Assembly: GCA_002009975.1 (NCBI GenBank)
Contig: MTLP01000022.1
Coordinates: forward strand, 48,207 to 112,206
Direction: 5' to 3'
DNA: 64,000 nucleotides
From: Thermococcus sp. JdFR-02
GTDB lineage: Archaea; Methanobacteriota_B; Thermococci; Thermococcales; Thermococcaceae
Shown: piece by piece, positions 1 to 9,423 of the stretch
Position numbering within the stretch: the stretch's first letter is position 1
How the letters are laid out: every line of letters starts with the position of its first letter
Made by a program: the position numbers and the translations under genes
Notes under the pieces: generated by a model
Databases searched by the model: none
The model's input: the letters and a program-made list of their open reading frames with translations, nothing else
What the model was told of the DNA's origin: nothing

Positions 1-41
1 ATCGACAATTGCCTTAATGTTTAAAAATAGAGAAAGTAACA

Positions 42-899
42 TCACTTAGATTTTTTGCATAGCATAGAACCTTGAGGAACTTTCAATTCTCTTGCAATCG
101 GTTTACATTTGGCTTTGAGTAGATAAAAGATCTTATCCTCCTTTATTTCGTTAAGGGTTTCAAAATTCCCCTGTCCTTTTGCAATTATTACATCTGCCCT
201 TTCAAAGAGTTCTTTAAATTCCTTACTAACCCTATCAAATGGAGCTCCCACAATCCTTGTTCCTGTTGAGATTATCTCAGCAATTTCATCAAATTTGGCA
301 TTTTTTAAATCCTCAATCGTTGCATCATTAATTATTGCCCCCTCTTTCCCAGCAACATAAATATCCAAATGCGGAAACTCTTCCTTGAGTTTTTCTAAAA
401 AGAGCTTATCAAAGTAAATTTCACCACAATTATCAGTCAAATAAAGAAGAACTTTGCTTTTTCCCAGCTTTTCAAAGAGTTCATCGCTCTCATCTACATA
501 AAGCTCTTCGCTGAGCATTGTTAAGATGTCTTCCTCTATCCTTTTTAGCTCATAGCCAACGGCAAAATCTATTACGTTTCCAGCTATTGCCAACTTTAGG
601 GCTGTTTTCAAATCTATGGAAATTTTTCTCTTTAAATCCTCAACAACCTTCTCTGCTAACCTATTTGACACTTCCTTATACTTTCTAAAGGGATCATCCT
701 CATCGAGGAACTCATAAAGCTCAAGAAATATCTCACTTCCAGTTGTCGCTGGTATTGAATCTTCATTAAAGTACTTTTCAACCAGCTTTGCTGTAAAAAT
801 CATAGCTTCCTTTCTTTTTATTAAATCATCAGTGCTGAACTCCACTATCTTTTGAGCTTGATTTATCATGCATGAGAGGCATTCATAATGCACTTTCAT
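42..899 (-). CDS. DUF89/ARMT1-like damage-control phosphatase
   Basis: N-terminal CxxC, AIAGNVIDF, DNCGE, NDAT and KGQGNFE motifs typical of DUF89. Confidence 0.9.
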   Translation of the reverse strand: MKVHYECLSCMINQAQKIVEFSTDDLIKRKEAMIFTAKLVEKYFNEDSIPATTGSEIFLELYEFLDEDDPFRKYKEVSNRLAEKVVEDLKRKISIDLKTALKLAIAGNVIDFAVGYELKRIEEDILTMLSEELYVDESDELFEKLGKSKVLLYLTDNCGEIYFDKLFLEKLKEEFPHLDIYVAGKEGAIINDATIEDLKNAKFDEIAEIISTGTRIVGAPFDRVSKEFKELFERADVIIAKGQGNFETLNEIKEDKIFYLLKAKCKPIARELKVPQGSMLCKKSK

Positions 900-974
900 T
901 TTATCACCCTACAATTAATGCCCCAAAGATCATATAAAAGTGCCTATTCTTAGGAAAAGTTTTAAATGTATAAA

Positions 975-992
975 ACCGAACATTTGTTCGGT
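975..992. promoter_or_regulatory. Perfect inverted repeat ACCGAACA-TT-TGTTCGGT, candidate operator
   Basis: Lies between a TTTAAA box (~960-966) and the MFS ATG at 1000. Confidence 0.55.
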
Positions 993-999
993 GGTGCGT

Positions 1000-2283
1000 A
1001 TGGAGACCATTGAGAAGGCTAAATTCGGAAAGTTTCACTATAATCTGTTAGCAGTTTTGGGAACAATCTGGGCGTTTATAGCAATAAATACTATAGCTGC
1101 AAGTTTTTTAATTCCTCTACTAAAAAAAGAACCTGCGTTTCAAGGGAGCTTGGCTAAATTAGGTTCCCTCGGTTCAGCTGCTTTATTTGGAATGCTTTTT
1201 GGAGCTTGGCTTTTTGGAAGCTTAGCCGATTATATAGGAAGAAAAAAGAGCTTAGCGATTGCAGTGACAACTTTTGGGCTTGGCTCAATAATAAGTGCCT
1301 TTTCTCAAAGCTTAGATCAGCTTATAGCTTTGCGTTTTGTAGTTGGTTTAGGCTTAGGTGGTTCATTGCCAGTGGCAAGTTCATATTTTGCCGAGTTCAT
1401 GCCTCAACGAATCAGAGGAGCTATGATATCAATATTGGAAAGTTTCTGGGCGATAGGAACGATAATTATTGGAATAGTCGCTTTGGCAATCGGAACGAGC
1501 TGGAGAAACCTTTTATTCTTTGGCGGTACAGTATTGCTAATCTTACCTATACTATTAGCCCTTCCAGAGTCTCCAAGGTTTTTGCTTGTTAAGGGTAGAG
1601 TTGAAGAAGCCGAAAGAATTATAGAAAAGATTTTTGGAGTCAAAGTAAAGCTCAAAAAGCTTGAAGAGAAGCATGAAAAAGTTACAATAGCGGAACTTTG
1701 GGAAAAATTTGCAAAAACAACATTAATGCTGACAGTTGCATGGTTCAGCATTGCTTTTGCATACTACGGCTTTTTCATCTGGCTACCAAAGTTCCTAGCT
1801 TCAACTCTAAGCATTACCGTCTTTAAGAGCTTTCAATATTTCATTATAACAGCTATAGCTCAACTTCCCGGTTATTACAGTGCAGCCTATTTAATTGAAA
1901 AGATTGGAAGGAAAAAGACATTGTCAAGTTATCTCCTAATCTCAGGTTTAGCTGGTATTATGTTCTATAAATTTGCAAGTTCAGGCAATGTAAATTTAAT
2001 AATGCTCAGTGCGATACTCTTCAGCTTTTTCAACTTAGGTGCTTGGGGAGCTATTTACGCCTACACACCAGAGCTATATCCGACTAACGTTAGGGGTACT
2101 GGAACAGGATGGGCTGGAGCAATGGCAAGAATAGGAGGTGGTTTAGCTCCAATAATAGCTGGAAAATTAATGGAAAGTTACACCGTTGGAGTTGCTGTTC
2201 TCGTTATTGCAATAGTCTCAATAGTTGGTGCAGTGGATGTTTTGCTCTTAGGTGAAGAGACAAAAGGAAAAGCCTTAGCTTGA
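1000..2283 (+). CDS. MFS transporter (SV2/NiaP-like organic solute permease)
   Basis: ~12 hydrophobic segments; ADYIGRK, PESPRFL and PELYPT..RG motifs; start moved to ATG 1000 after GGTG. Confidence 0.85.
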   Translation: METIEKAKFGKFHYNLLAVLGTIWAFIAINTIAASFLIPLLKKEPAFQGSLAKLGSLGSAALFGMLFGAWLFGSLADYIGRKKSLAIAVTTFGLGSIISAFSQSLDQLIALRFVVGLGLGGSLPVASSYFAEFMPQRIRGAMISILESFWAIGTIIIGIVALAIGTSWRNLLFFGGTVLLILPILLALPESPRFLLVKGRVEEAERIIEKIFGVKVKLKKLEEKHEKVTIAELWEKFAKTTLMLTVAWFSIAFAYYGFFIWLPKFLASTLSITVFKSFQYFIITAIAQLPGYYSAAYLIEKIGRKKTLSSYLLISGLAGIMFYKFASSGNVNLIMLSAILFSFFNLGAWGAIYAYTPELYPTNVRGTGTGWAGAMARIGGGLAPIIAGKLMESYTVGVAVLVIAIVSIVGAVDVLLLGEETKGKALA

Positions 2284-2344
2284 TTTTTTATTTTTATCGA
2301 AAAATAGTTTAAGGAAGAGTTGCAATATTCTTTGGGCGATATTT

Positions 2345-2923
2345 ATGGCCGAAGAAAAGTTGCCAAAAGGAATTTTAGAAAATCTATTCCCAAATGAGGA
2401 AGTTCTCTACACCGTGAAAAAGAAGTTTAGCCTTGAAGCAAAGCCCAAATGGCTTGTTGTGACAAATATGCGCATCCTATATATTGACGAGAAGCTCTTA
2501 GGAAGATACGATCTAATAGCGGTTCCCTATGAAAAACTTGAGTTTGTGTATTTTAAAGCTACCAAAGTCTCATCAGAGTTCGTTATTAAAAAAGAAGATG
2601 GAGAAGAGCTTTCTCTTTCAAGACTTGACAAAAATGAAGCTATGAAAGCAATAGAAGCAGTTAGAGATGCTTTAAATGCGATAGCAGTTGAACCAGTGAC
2701 AATCCAAAGAAAGAAGAAATTGATGAGTGAGGAATGGATTATTCATAAACCAAAAGAAACTGTAAGCAGGGCAATAAGAGTACAGCGCTCAGTTCCAACT
2801 CTTGTTAAAGAAAAGGAGGACCCAATTGAAAAGCTAAAAAAGCTTAAGGAGCTTTATGACATGGGCATTATAACTCAGGAAGAATACGAAGAAAAAAGAA
2901 GAAAACTTCTTGAAAAAATATAG
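2345..2923 (+). CDS. Bacterial PH-domain protein with C-terminal SHOCT domain
   Basis: LVVTNMRILY (bPH-like) and LKKLKELYDMGIITQEEYEEKRRKLL (SHOCT). Confidence 0.8.
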   Translation: MAEEKLPKGILENLFPNEEVLYTVKKKFSLEAKPKWLVVTNMRILYIDEKLLGRYDLIAVPYEKLEFVYFKATKVSSEFVIKKEDGEELSLSRLDKNEAMKAIEAVRDALNAIAVEPVTIQRKKKLMSEEWIIHKPKETVSRAIRVQRSVPTLVKEKEDPIEKLKKLKELYDMGIITQEEYEEKRRKLLEKI

Positions 2924-2941
2924 CGCCTCTTCATTACATCT

Positions 2942-3142
2942 TTACCATATCCAAAGTTTAGGGTCTGCTTCCTCCCTGCCTTGAAGGGTGAGGAGTCCTG
3001 TTGGAGGCTTATAGTCAGCCGCTAAGGAGTAACCCAAAAGAAAACCCCAGAGAATACTAAAAGGGACAATATAAGGAACATCACTCTTATCTGGCTTTTC
3101 ATAGAGGGTCACCTTCTCATTAATGTTATTATTTGTCTGCAC
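2942..3142 (-). pseudogene. Truncated small membrane protein running into the IS-end remnant
   Basis: One hydrophobic helix, then the C-terminal codons are supplied by the IS-like sequence. Confidence 0.4.
2965..2998 (-). mobile_element. Decayed IS200/IS605 (tnpB-type) right-end remnant
   Basis: Minus strand GGACTCCTCACCCTTCAAGGCAGGGAGGAAGCAG resembles the recalled tnpB 3'-end pattern ...GCCCTTYAGGGCGGGGAGGAGGTCAG; no transposase nearby. Confidence 0.5.
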
Positions 3143-3143
3143 T

Positions 3144-3515
3144 TCACAACCTCAACGAAGTAGGCATAGTAAAATCCTGATAGAGAACTATTAGAGAGAG
3201 CACCAACATGAACAAAGCAAATCCAGCTATCACTACCCGTTTAATGTAAGATGCATCTTTGAGAAATTTTAAATTCTCCAATATAACAATCGAGACAAAT
3301 ACTGCAAATGTCATTGCATCTGAAGCCATTAGATTCAATGGGATTCTCCGATTAATCTTGAGCATAATAACTAAAAGTAGGTATGGAAATGTAACAATTC
3401 CCGCTTTTTGGAAGCTCTCGAGTGAGATATCCCCAAACTTTTTGTAGTTAAGCAATATGAATGAGAACAAAGAAATAAAGAGGACAGGATAATACGTTGG
3501 GTTCATTAAGCTCAC
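3144..3515 (-). CDS. Small 4-TM membrane protein, candidate immunity protein for precursor 2
   Basis: Hydrophobic 123 aa; starts 3 nt after the stop of precursor 2. Confidence 0.6.
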   Translation of the reverse strand: MSLMNPTYYPVLFISLFSFILLNYKKFGDISLESFQKAGIVTFPYLLLVIMLKINRRIPLNLMASDAMTFAVFVSIVILENLKFLKDASYIKRVVIAGFALFMLVLSLIVLYQDFTMPTSLRL

Positions 3516-3518
3516 CTC

Positions 3519-3875
3519 TCATGCTGTGAGTCCACCACCGATTGTTGCAAGGGCTCCTCCGAATACTGCACCTAAACCACCACTAGCTATAGCAATGCCA
3601 ACTCCCCCAACAACAAGTGAAACACCAACTCCAATCATGGAATTTGCATCCGATAACTCCAGAGCATATCGTCCAGCCCTTGCATGGTAGTATTCTGCCA
3701 TAGTTTTGTCTCCTCTAAGAAGAGCTCTTTCGTATTAATCCATATAGTAATTGTACATCTTTTTAGCAAAATGCCTTTTAATTGCTCCTATCTCAGCTTT
3801 TTCAGCAACTGCTCCATCAATTACCATTCCCACAGCCATCAACACCAGTCCCAACACCAAAGCTTTTCTCCACAT
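3519..3875 (-). pseudogene. Bacteriocin-like precursor 2 interrupted by in-frame TAA at codon 47 (3735-3737)
   Basis: ATG 3875 reads MWRKALVLGLVLMAVGMVIDGAV...MD*YERALLRGDKTMAEYY... in frame with the 3519-3701 glycine-zipper ORF. Confidence 0.75.
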
Positions 3876-3880
3876 TTTAA

Positions 3881-4444
3881 TCACCCCAAACTTTCGGCAA
3901 TTTTAAGTGTTATTGTACTCTCAATCAGAGCAGCAATGAAGATTAAAATCATCGAGATAGCAACAAGCTTGAAGAATTCCTTAGCATCCTCCTCACTAAT
4001 CATCTCCTCCTTCTTGCCCAAAGCAAATCTTAAGGCTTCGTAAGGAATCTTGAAGCCAGCTGCTCCGGCTATAATTAAAGCGGGGATTTCGAAAATGCCG
4101 TGGGGGAAGATTAGGAGAAAGAATGTTTTAACTTCGCCTAAGCTTAAGGAAGACTGGAATAATACTCCCAAGTTAATTCCATTCATGATTAAGTTTAGAA
4201 AAGTCAAACCCCCAAAAGTCAAAACACCGCCAAATGAAAGGAGAAGAATAACTTTGAAATTGTTTGCGAAGATATAAGAAAAACTTAGCTTTTCTTCACT
4301 AAACTCTCTTTCTAAAAATGGGGCAATATTGACATTTTCATGTTCATGAATTTTATAATGGGTTGAGAGTGAAATCCCAAGGAGAAACCCAATAAAAAAT
4401 AGTAGAGATGAAAGGAAAATAGGCCTGTTGAGCTTCTCCTTCAA
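3881..4444 (-). CDS. SpoIIM / DUF95 membrane protein
   Basis: IFANN, NG..LG and PHGIFEIPA signature. Confidence 0.9.
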   Translation of the reverse strand: MKEKLNRPIFLSSLLFFIGFLLGISLSTHYKIHEHENVNIAPFLEREFSEEKLSFSYIFANNFKVILLLSFGGVLTFGGLTFLNLIMNGINLGVLFQSSLSLGEVKTFFLLIFPHGIFEIPALIIAGAAGFKIPYEALRFALGKKEEMISEEDAKEFFKLVAISMILIFIAALIESTITLKIAESLG

Positions 4445-4659
4445 TTTTGAGCCTCCTTTGCCATTGGTAGGAGGAATTCTATGGCATATCCAAGCTCTGC
4501 GTATATTATTGTAAAGGCTAGCATTGCCCCAAGGAAGTCTGTCACTGATTTAATGGGAAGGAAGTCGTTAAAGAGTAACGCTATGCTCACAGTTGTTCCA
4601 AAAGCCATTATGAACCCAACGACAAGTAAGCCAATGTACTTTCTAATAGATCCCTTCAT
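4441..4659 (-). CDS. 72-aa 2-TM protein, candidate immunity protein for precursor 1
   Basis: ATG 4659 after GGGGG; MKGSIRKYIGLLVVGF...; stop overlaps the SpoIIM start. Confidence 0.65.
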   Translation of the reverse strand: MKGSIRKYIGLLVVGFIMAFGTTVSIALLFNDFLPIKSVTDFLGAMLAFTIIYAELGYAIEFLLPMAKEAQN

Positions 4660-4670
4660 ATAACGTCCCC

Positions 4671-4937
4671 CTAGGCCCACACCGCAAGACCAACATAGGG
4701 TATTGCCTTTGCTACAGTTTTTAAACCAAACTTTAGAGCAAATTTTGTGGCTACTGCAGCGCTTCCTAATGCTGCAGTGCCTGCCTTTACCCCACCCATA
4801 GCTTGTCGCCAATCTCCTGTTTTGTGCCACCTATAAATCCCATATGCTATATCAAATTTCCCTTTTTCAACTGCTCCACCCACTACCATTCCTACAGTCA
4901 TCAACACTAGCCCTAACACTAAAGCCTTCCTCCACAT
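4671..4937 (-). CDS. Bacteriocin-like precursor 1 (88 aa; circular-bacteriocin-like)
   Basis: GGTGG site then MWRKALVLGLVLMTVGMVVGGAV leader; cationic Gly/Ala-rich core ending GLAVWA; near DUF95. Confidence 0.7.
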   Translation of the reverse strand: MWRKALVLGLVLMTVGMVVGGAVEKGKFDIAYGIYRWHKTGDWRQAMGGVKAGTAALGSAAVATKFALKFGLKTVAKAIPYVGLAVWA

Positions 4938-5317
4938 TTGAAAACCACCAATCGAGTTCGTGTTCTTAATACTATTTAAAGTTTTCTTTATAATTCCATA
5001 ATTACTATTGACATTTTTATGATGATTGAACAGAATATATAACAATCACAAATAGTAAGTTGTGGTTCCCATTAAGTCATTGAAAATTTGTAAGTACGTG
5101 AGTTTTTGAGCAAAGCAATGCAATGGAAGATCAAAAATCAGATTGCTAATCTGACTGAAAGAAAGTTTTGCAAGTACTTGTCCGATTTCCACAGGAGAAT
5201 TGATCTGACTCTCAATCTAAATAGATTGTACAACTTCACAGGGGGTAGAAACTAAAGTTCATATCATTAACCTAAGGGTTATAAACTTAATCTACATCTC
5301 TTATTTTGGTGGTGAAA

Positions 5318-6670
5318 GTGGCTTTAGAAAATTTGGGAAAAGCCTTAAATAACGCCCTAAAAAAGCTTGCTCGTGCTAGAACTGTTGATGAAGCTGTAAT
5401 AAAAGAAGTTGTGAGAGATATTCAAAGAGCTTTAATCATGAGTGATGTTAATGTTAGATTAGTCCTTGAATTGACGAAAAAAATCGAAAAGAGAGCGTTA
5501 GAAGAAAAATTACCCCCTGGAATTTCAAGAAAGGAGCACATAATCAAAATAGTTTATGAAGAGCTGACAAACTTCTTGGGAAAAGAAGCCAAGCCAATTG
5601 AGATTAGAGGAAAACCTACTGTTCTCTTAATGGTTGGTATTCAAGGTTCAGGTAAAACCACAAGTGTTGGAAAATTGGCGAGATATCTGCAAAAGAGGGG
5701 TTATAGAGTGGGATTAGTTTGTGCAGATACTTGGAGACCCGGAGCATATCATCAACTAAAGCAACTCGCTGAACCCTTTGGAATTGAAGTTTTCGGGAAT
5801 CCAGAGGAAAAAGATGCGGTGAAATTAGCTAAAGAAGGTGTAGACTATTTTAGGCAAAAAGGAGTTGATGTGATTATCGTTGATTCTGCTGGACGACATA
5901 AAGAGGAGAAGGGACTAATTGAAGAGATGAAACAGATAAGCAGTGCAATAAAACCCCATGAAGTTATTTTAGTAATTGATGGAACAATCGGGCAGCAAGC
6001 ATATAACCAAGCCTTAGCCTTTAAAGAAGCGACTCCAATCGGTTCAATAATAGTAACAAAGCTCGATGGGAGTGCAAAGGGAGGAGGAGCATTATCTGCA
6101 GTTGTTGCCACGGGAGCACCAATTAAATTTATTGGCGTTGGTGAGAAAATTGATGATTTAGAACCCTTTGATCCAAAGCGCTTTGTCTCAAGATTGCTTG
6201 GTTTAGGAGATATTCAAGGACTCTTGGAAAAGTTTGAAGAAGCGAGCAAAGAAGTAAAAATTGAACAGGATATTGAGAAATTCATACGTGGGAAGTTTAA
6301 CTTGAGAGATATGTATACTCAATTAGAAGCTATGCAAAAGATGGGACCTCTAAAGCAAATATTACAGATGATACCCGGGCTAGGGTATGAATTGCCAGAT
6401 GATATGGTTAGGATGAGTGAAGAAAGGCTTAAAAAGTTTAAAGTCATTATGGACTCAATGACGAAAGAGGAACTTGAGAATCCTTCCATAATCAATTACT
6501 CAAGAATTAAAAGAATTGCAAGAGGTTCTGGGACTTCTGTTAGAGATGTGAGGGAGCTATTAGAGCAATATAATCAGATGAAAAAATTCTTTAAGAGTAT
6601 GAATAGGAGAAAATTGGCAAAGATGGCAAGAAAATTAGGTGGAATGAATTTTGGAGGGTTTGGAATATGA
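5318..6670 (+). CDS. srp54: Signal recognition particle protein SRP54
   Basis: [26 protein letters not shown] and M-domain RIARGSG; probable GTG start at 5318. Confidence 0.97.
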   Translation: MALENLGKALNNALKKLARARTVDEAVIKEVVRDIQRALIMSDVNVRLVLELTKKIEKRALEEKLPPGISRKEHIIKIVYEELTNFLGKEAKPIEIRGKPTVLLMVGIQGSGKTTSVGKLARYLQKRGYRVGLVCADTWRPGAYHQLKQLAEPFGIEVFGNPEEKDAVKLAKEGVDYFRQKGVDVIIVDSAGRHKEEKGLIEEMKQISSAIKPHEVILVIDGTIGQQAYNQALAFKEATPIGSIIVTKLDGSAKGGGALSAVVATGAPIKFIGVGEKIDDLEPFDPKRFVSRLLGLGDIQGLLEKFEEASKEVKIEQDIEKFIRGKFNLRDMYTQLEAMQKMGPLKQILQMIPGLGYELPDDMVRMSEERLKKFKVIMDSMTKEELENPSIINYSRIKRIARGSGTSVRDVRELLEQYNQMKKFFKSMNRRKLAKMARKLGGMNFGGFGI

Positions 6671-6906
6671 TGGAGGCATTTGTTTTGGTTATAGTAAAAC
6701 CCGGAAATGAGGAGAAAGTGTATAACAAATTAAAGGAATGTCCCAAAGTTAAAGAGATATACAGGGTCTACGGAGAATATGACATAGTATTAAGGGTGGA
6801 AGTTGATAACATCAAGGCTTTAGATGAGTTTCATGACACCATTTTGAGAAAGATTAGAGAGATTGAAATGACTGAAACGCTAATAGCAAGTTCATATCGA
6901 GTTTAG
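6667..6906 (+). CDS. Stand-alone Lrp/AsnC ligand-binding (RAM) domain protein
   Basis: VYGEYDIV motif, 79 aa, no HTH. Confidence 0.85.
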   Translation: MMEAFVLVIVKPGNEEKVYNKLKECPKVKEIYRVYGEYDIVLRVEVDNIKALDEFHDTILRKIREIEMTETLIASSYRV

Positions 6907-6916
6907 AGGTGGGGAG

Positions 6917-7429
6917 ATGAAAAAACTAGTCGCGATAATTCATTTAGACACTTTAAAAGTTGATTACGACCCCTCTTTTAAATTTAGATGTTTGGAAAAC
7001 TGTGCAAAGTGTTGTGCTGAACTCGATATACCCTTAAGAGACGAGGATATAATGAGGATCGAAGATCTCGGCTTCAATGCTTGGGAATTTGTAGACTACA
7101 ACAAGATGTTCTATAGAGGAGACAAATTCATTGGCTATGCTTTGAAAAAGAGACCTTTCGATGGTTTATGTCCCTTTTTAGACGAAAACAGCAGATGCAA
7201 GATATATCCGAGCAGACCTTTAGCTTGCAAGCTCTATCCTTTCATGCTGGTAAAACAAGGAAACATAATTGAGGTATATGTCAAAGATCCCAACTGTCCG
7301 GGAGTAGGGGATAGAGATGGAAAACCAGTAAATTTTGAATTTGTTATGGAGTACTTTGGGGAAGTTATTGAAGAATATAGAAGGAAATTAAACTATACTC
7401 GAGTTCCAAAAGCTGCTGGAACGCCATGA
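6917..7429 (+). CDS. YkgJ-family cysteine-cluster protein
   Basis: CxxxCxxCC...CPFL...CKIY..RP..CKLYPF. Confidence 0.88.
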   Translation: MKKLVAIIHLDTLKVDYDPSFKFRCLENCAKCCAELDIPLRDEDIMRIEDLGFNAWEFVDYNKMFYRGDKFIGYALKKRPFDGLCPFLDENSRCKIYPSRPLACKLYPFMLVKQGNIIEVYVKDPNCPGVGDRDGKPVNFEFVMEYFGEVIEEYRRKLNYTRVPKAAGTP

Positions 7430-7528
7430 ATTATAAACGCACAACATTGTATTGCGATGAGATTTTGATATAACCGAAACCTATTTATACATTTTTTTGT
7501 CAATCATGAATCCAAGAGAGGTGATAAT

Positions 7529-8242
7529 ATGAGTCAAATAGAAGCAGTTAAAGAAAAGCTTAGAGTAGTTAGGATTCTTAAGCTCTTAAAAAAGACGTAT
7601 ACGTACGATGATCTGTCAAAAATAACTGGTTTGCCAATAACTGTGCTTAATCGTTACGTTAGAGGAAAAGTCCTACCAAGCACAGATAGAGCAAAAGAGC
7701 TTTTGCAAATGCTTTCACCATACATAAATATTGAAGAAGAAGTTAGGAGAAGAATAGAGTTCGATGAGCACGGACTCTTTGACAATATGAAAATACTAAG
7801 CGATACCGCTTTAATGAGCCTAATTGCTGAAGAGATAGCTTCAAAATACATGGGAAAGGATGTTTCAAAGGTTTTAACAGCAGCAACAGATGGAATTCCT
7901 TTAGCGGTTCATATAGCAGACGAATTAAACGTTGATGTAGTTTATGCTAAAAAGAAAAAAGAAGTTGGAGTAGAGAAGTTTTATGAAGTCAACTATGTTC
8001 CAAGTGCTTCTGGAAGTGTCATGACGCTTTATCTACCCCAATGGGCATTGAAGAAGGGTGATAATGTTCTCATAGTTGATGATGTTATAAGGAGCGGTGA
8101 AACTCAAAGAGCATTAATTGACATGTGCAAACAAGCTGGAGCTGTTCCAATTGGGATGTTTTTCCTAATTAGTGTTGGAGACTTTGTCGATAAGCTCAGG
8201 GAGGAGTATAATATTCCCGTAGATGTGCTGGTGAGATTATGA
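7529..8242 (+). CDS. HTH + phosphoribosyltransferase domain protein (PurR-like regulator)
   Basis: N-terminal HTH (TYDDLSKITGLPITVLNRY) and PRPP loop VLIVDDVIRSGET. Confidence 0.85.
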   Translation: MSQIEAVKEKLRVVRILKLLKKTYTYDDLSKITGLPITVLNRYVRGKVLPSTDRAKELLQMLSPYINIEEEVRRRIEFDEHGLFDNMKILSDTALMSLIAEEIASKYMGKDVSKVLTAATDGIPLAVHIADELNVDVVYAKKKKEVGVEKFYEVNYVPSASGSVMTLYLPQWALKKGDNVLIVDDVIRSGETQRALIDMCKQAGAVPIGMFFLISVGDFVDKLREEYNIPVDVLVRL

Positions 8243-9423
8243 TAAATACTGAAATAAGAATGCTCAATAGCATACTAAGAGGAGGGATTAGAGAAGGGAA
8301 CAGCATAATGTTTTCCGGTTCTTTTAATGATGATCACAGGATTTTGATGCATCAATTTATTTTTGCCCTTCTCAAACAAGATTACAAAGTATTGCTCGTA
8401 GAGTTCAAGCAGAGCCCAAAGAGTCTGCTAAAATGGCTTGAAGAGTATAAAATCGATTACGATAAGTTCATAGAAAAAGAGCAGCTCAAGATTATAGATG
8501 GACACACAAATTTATATGCAAAAACACAGGTGGTTGGAAAAGATGTACTTTCAAACCCAATGGATTTGCCCATAACAACGGCTATCCTGAGGAGAGAATT
8601 AACTTCAAAGGGATACAACTTTTTAGTTATAGATGATCTCTCAATTCTTTACGCCGTCCTTCCAAGCAAAGATGAGTTCTTTAAAATAACGGTTAGATTC
8701 ATAAACTCCCTTCTCTTAGAAGGAATTGTAACCGTAACCTCATTCATTGAAAAGCTTGCATCTCCCACAGAGTTCTCTCTCCTAACTTTGCCTTTTGGAT
8801 ACGTGATCTCCATTGAAGATGATAAGGTGAGGATAAAGAAAGCTCCACATCCAATCGGACCCGTGGATTACTTCAAATACATAAAGACAGATGAAGGAAT
8901 AAAATCCTATGAAGAGCACTATGAAAGCTTGGAGAAGATAAAGGAATCTCTCTATTTAGACGATGAGGGAATTTTATGGAGCGGAAACCAAAGGGTTCAA
9001 GTAATAGACGAGGAGAGCGAGGCAAAGTTAATAGAAAGTCTATTCGAGTATTACGGCAGTCAATCTGCCAAGAAATTCATGTACTTCTGGGGAAGGGAGG
9101 AGTTTTTAGGGCGTGGAAAGCTGTATTTGCAGATTTATAGAAGCTTGGATAAAGTTTTGAAAAGAATAATTCACGATACAAAGGTGACTGGTGGGGGAAC
9201 ACTTGAAATAGGACACATGGAGGAAGATATAATCATAATAAGAGCTAAAAACCTATTCCCAAGGATTCCAAACTTTGGAGAACAAATTCACCTCCATGAT
9301 GTTGGAGGATTAACACAAATAATAGAAGAAGTTATTGGTGGAAAATGGGAAGGGGATGAAGTTAAGTGTGAAGCAAAAGGTGACAGTTATTGTGAATTCA
9401 TTATAAAGAGGGTTAGCAAATGA
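8239..9423 (+). CDS. Degenerate KaiC/RecA-like ATPase fused to a V4R domain
   Basis: LRGGIREG start, Walker B-like LVIDD, C-terminal EVKCEAKGDSYCEF; Walker A lacks GKT. Confidence 0.7.
   Translation: MINTEIRMLNSILRGGIREGNSIMFSGSFNDDHRILMHQFIFALLKQDYKVLLVEFKQSPKSLLKWLEEYKIDYDKFIEKEQLKIIDGHTNLYAKTQVVGKDVLSNPMDLPITTAILRRELTSKGYNFLVIDDLSILYAVLPSKDEFFKITVRFINSLLLEGIVTVTSFIEKLASPTEFSLLTLPFGYVISIEDDKVRIKKAPHPIGPVDYFKYIKTDEGIKSYEEHYESLEKIKESLYLDDEGILWSGNQRVQVIDEESEAKLIESLFEYYGSQSAKKFMYFWGREEFLGRGKLYLQIYRSLDKVLKRIIHDTKVTGGGTLEIGHMEEDIIIIRAKNLFPRIPNFGEQIHLHDVGGLTQIIEEVIGGKWEGDEVKCEAKGDSYCEFIIKRVSK

Noticed and set aside
4660-4830. Cys/Lys-rich N-terminal extension of the 4441-4830 ORF, superficially a Cys-rich peptide
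   Set aside because: It is an alternative frame of precursor 1; the real start with a ribosome site is ATG 4659.
5019-5210. ATGATGA and CTGA words plus a small TCAGATT-GCT-AATCTGA dyad upstream of srp54
   Set aside because: Box spacing does not fit a C/D sRNA, and the dyad alone is too weak to call.
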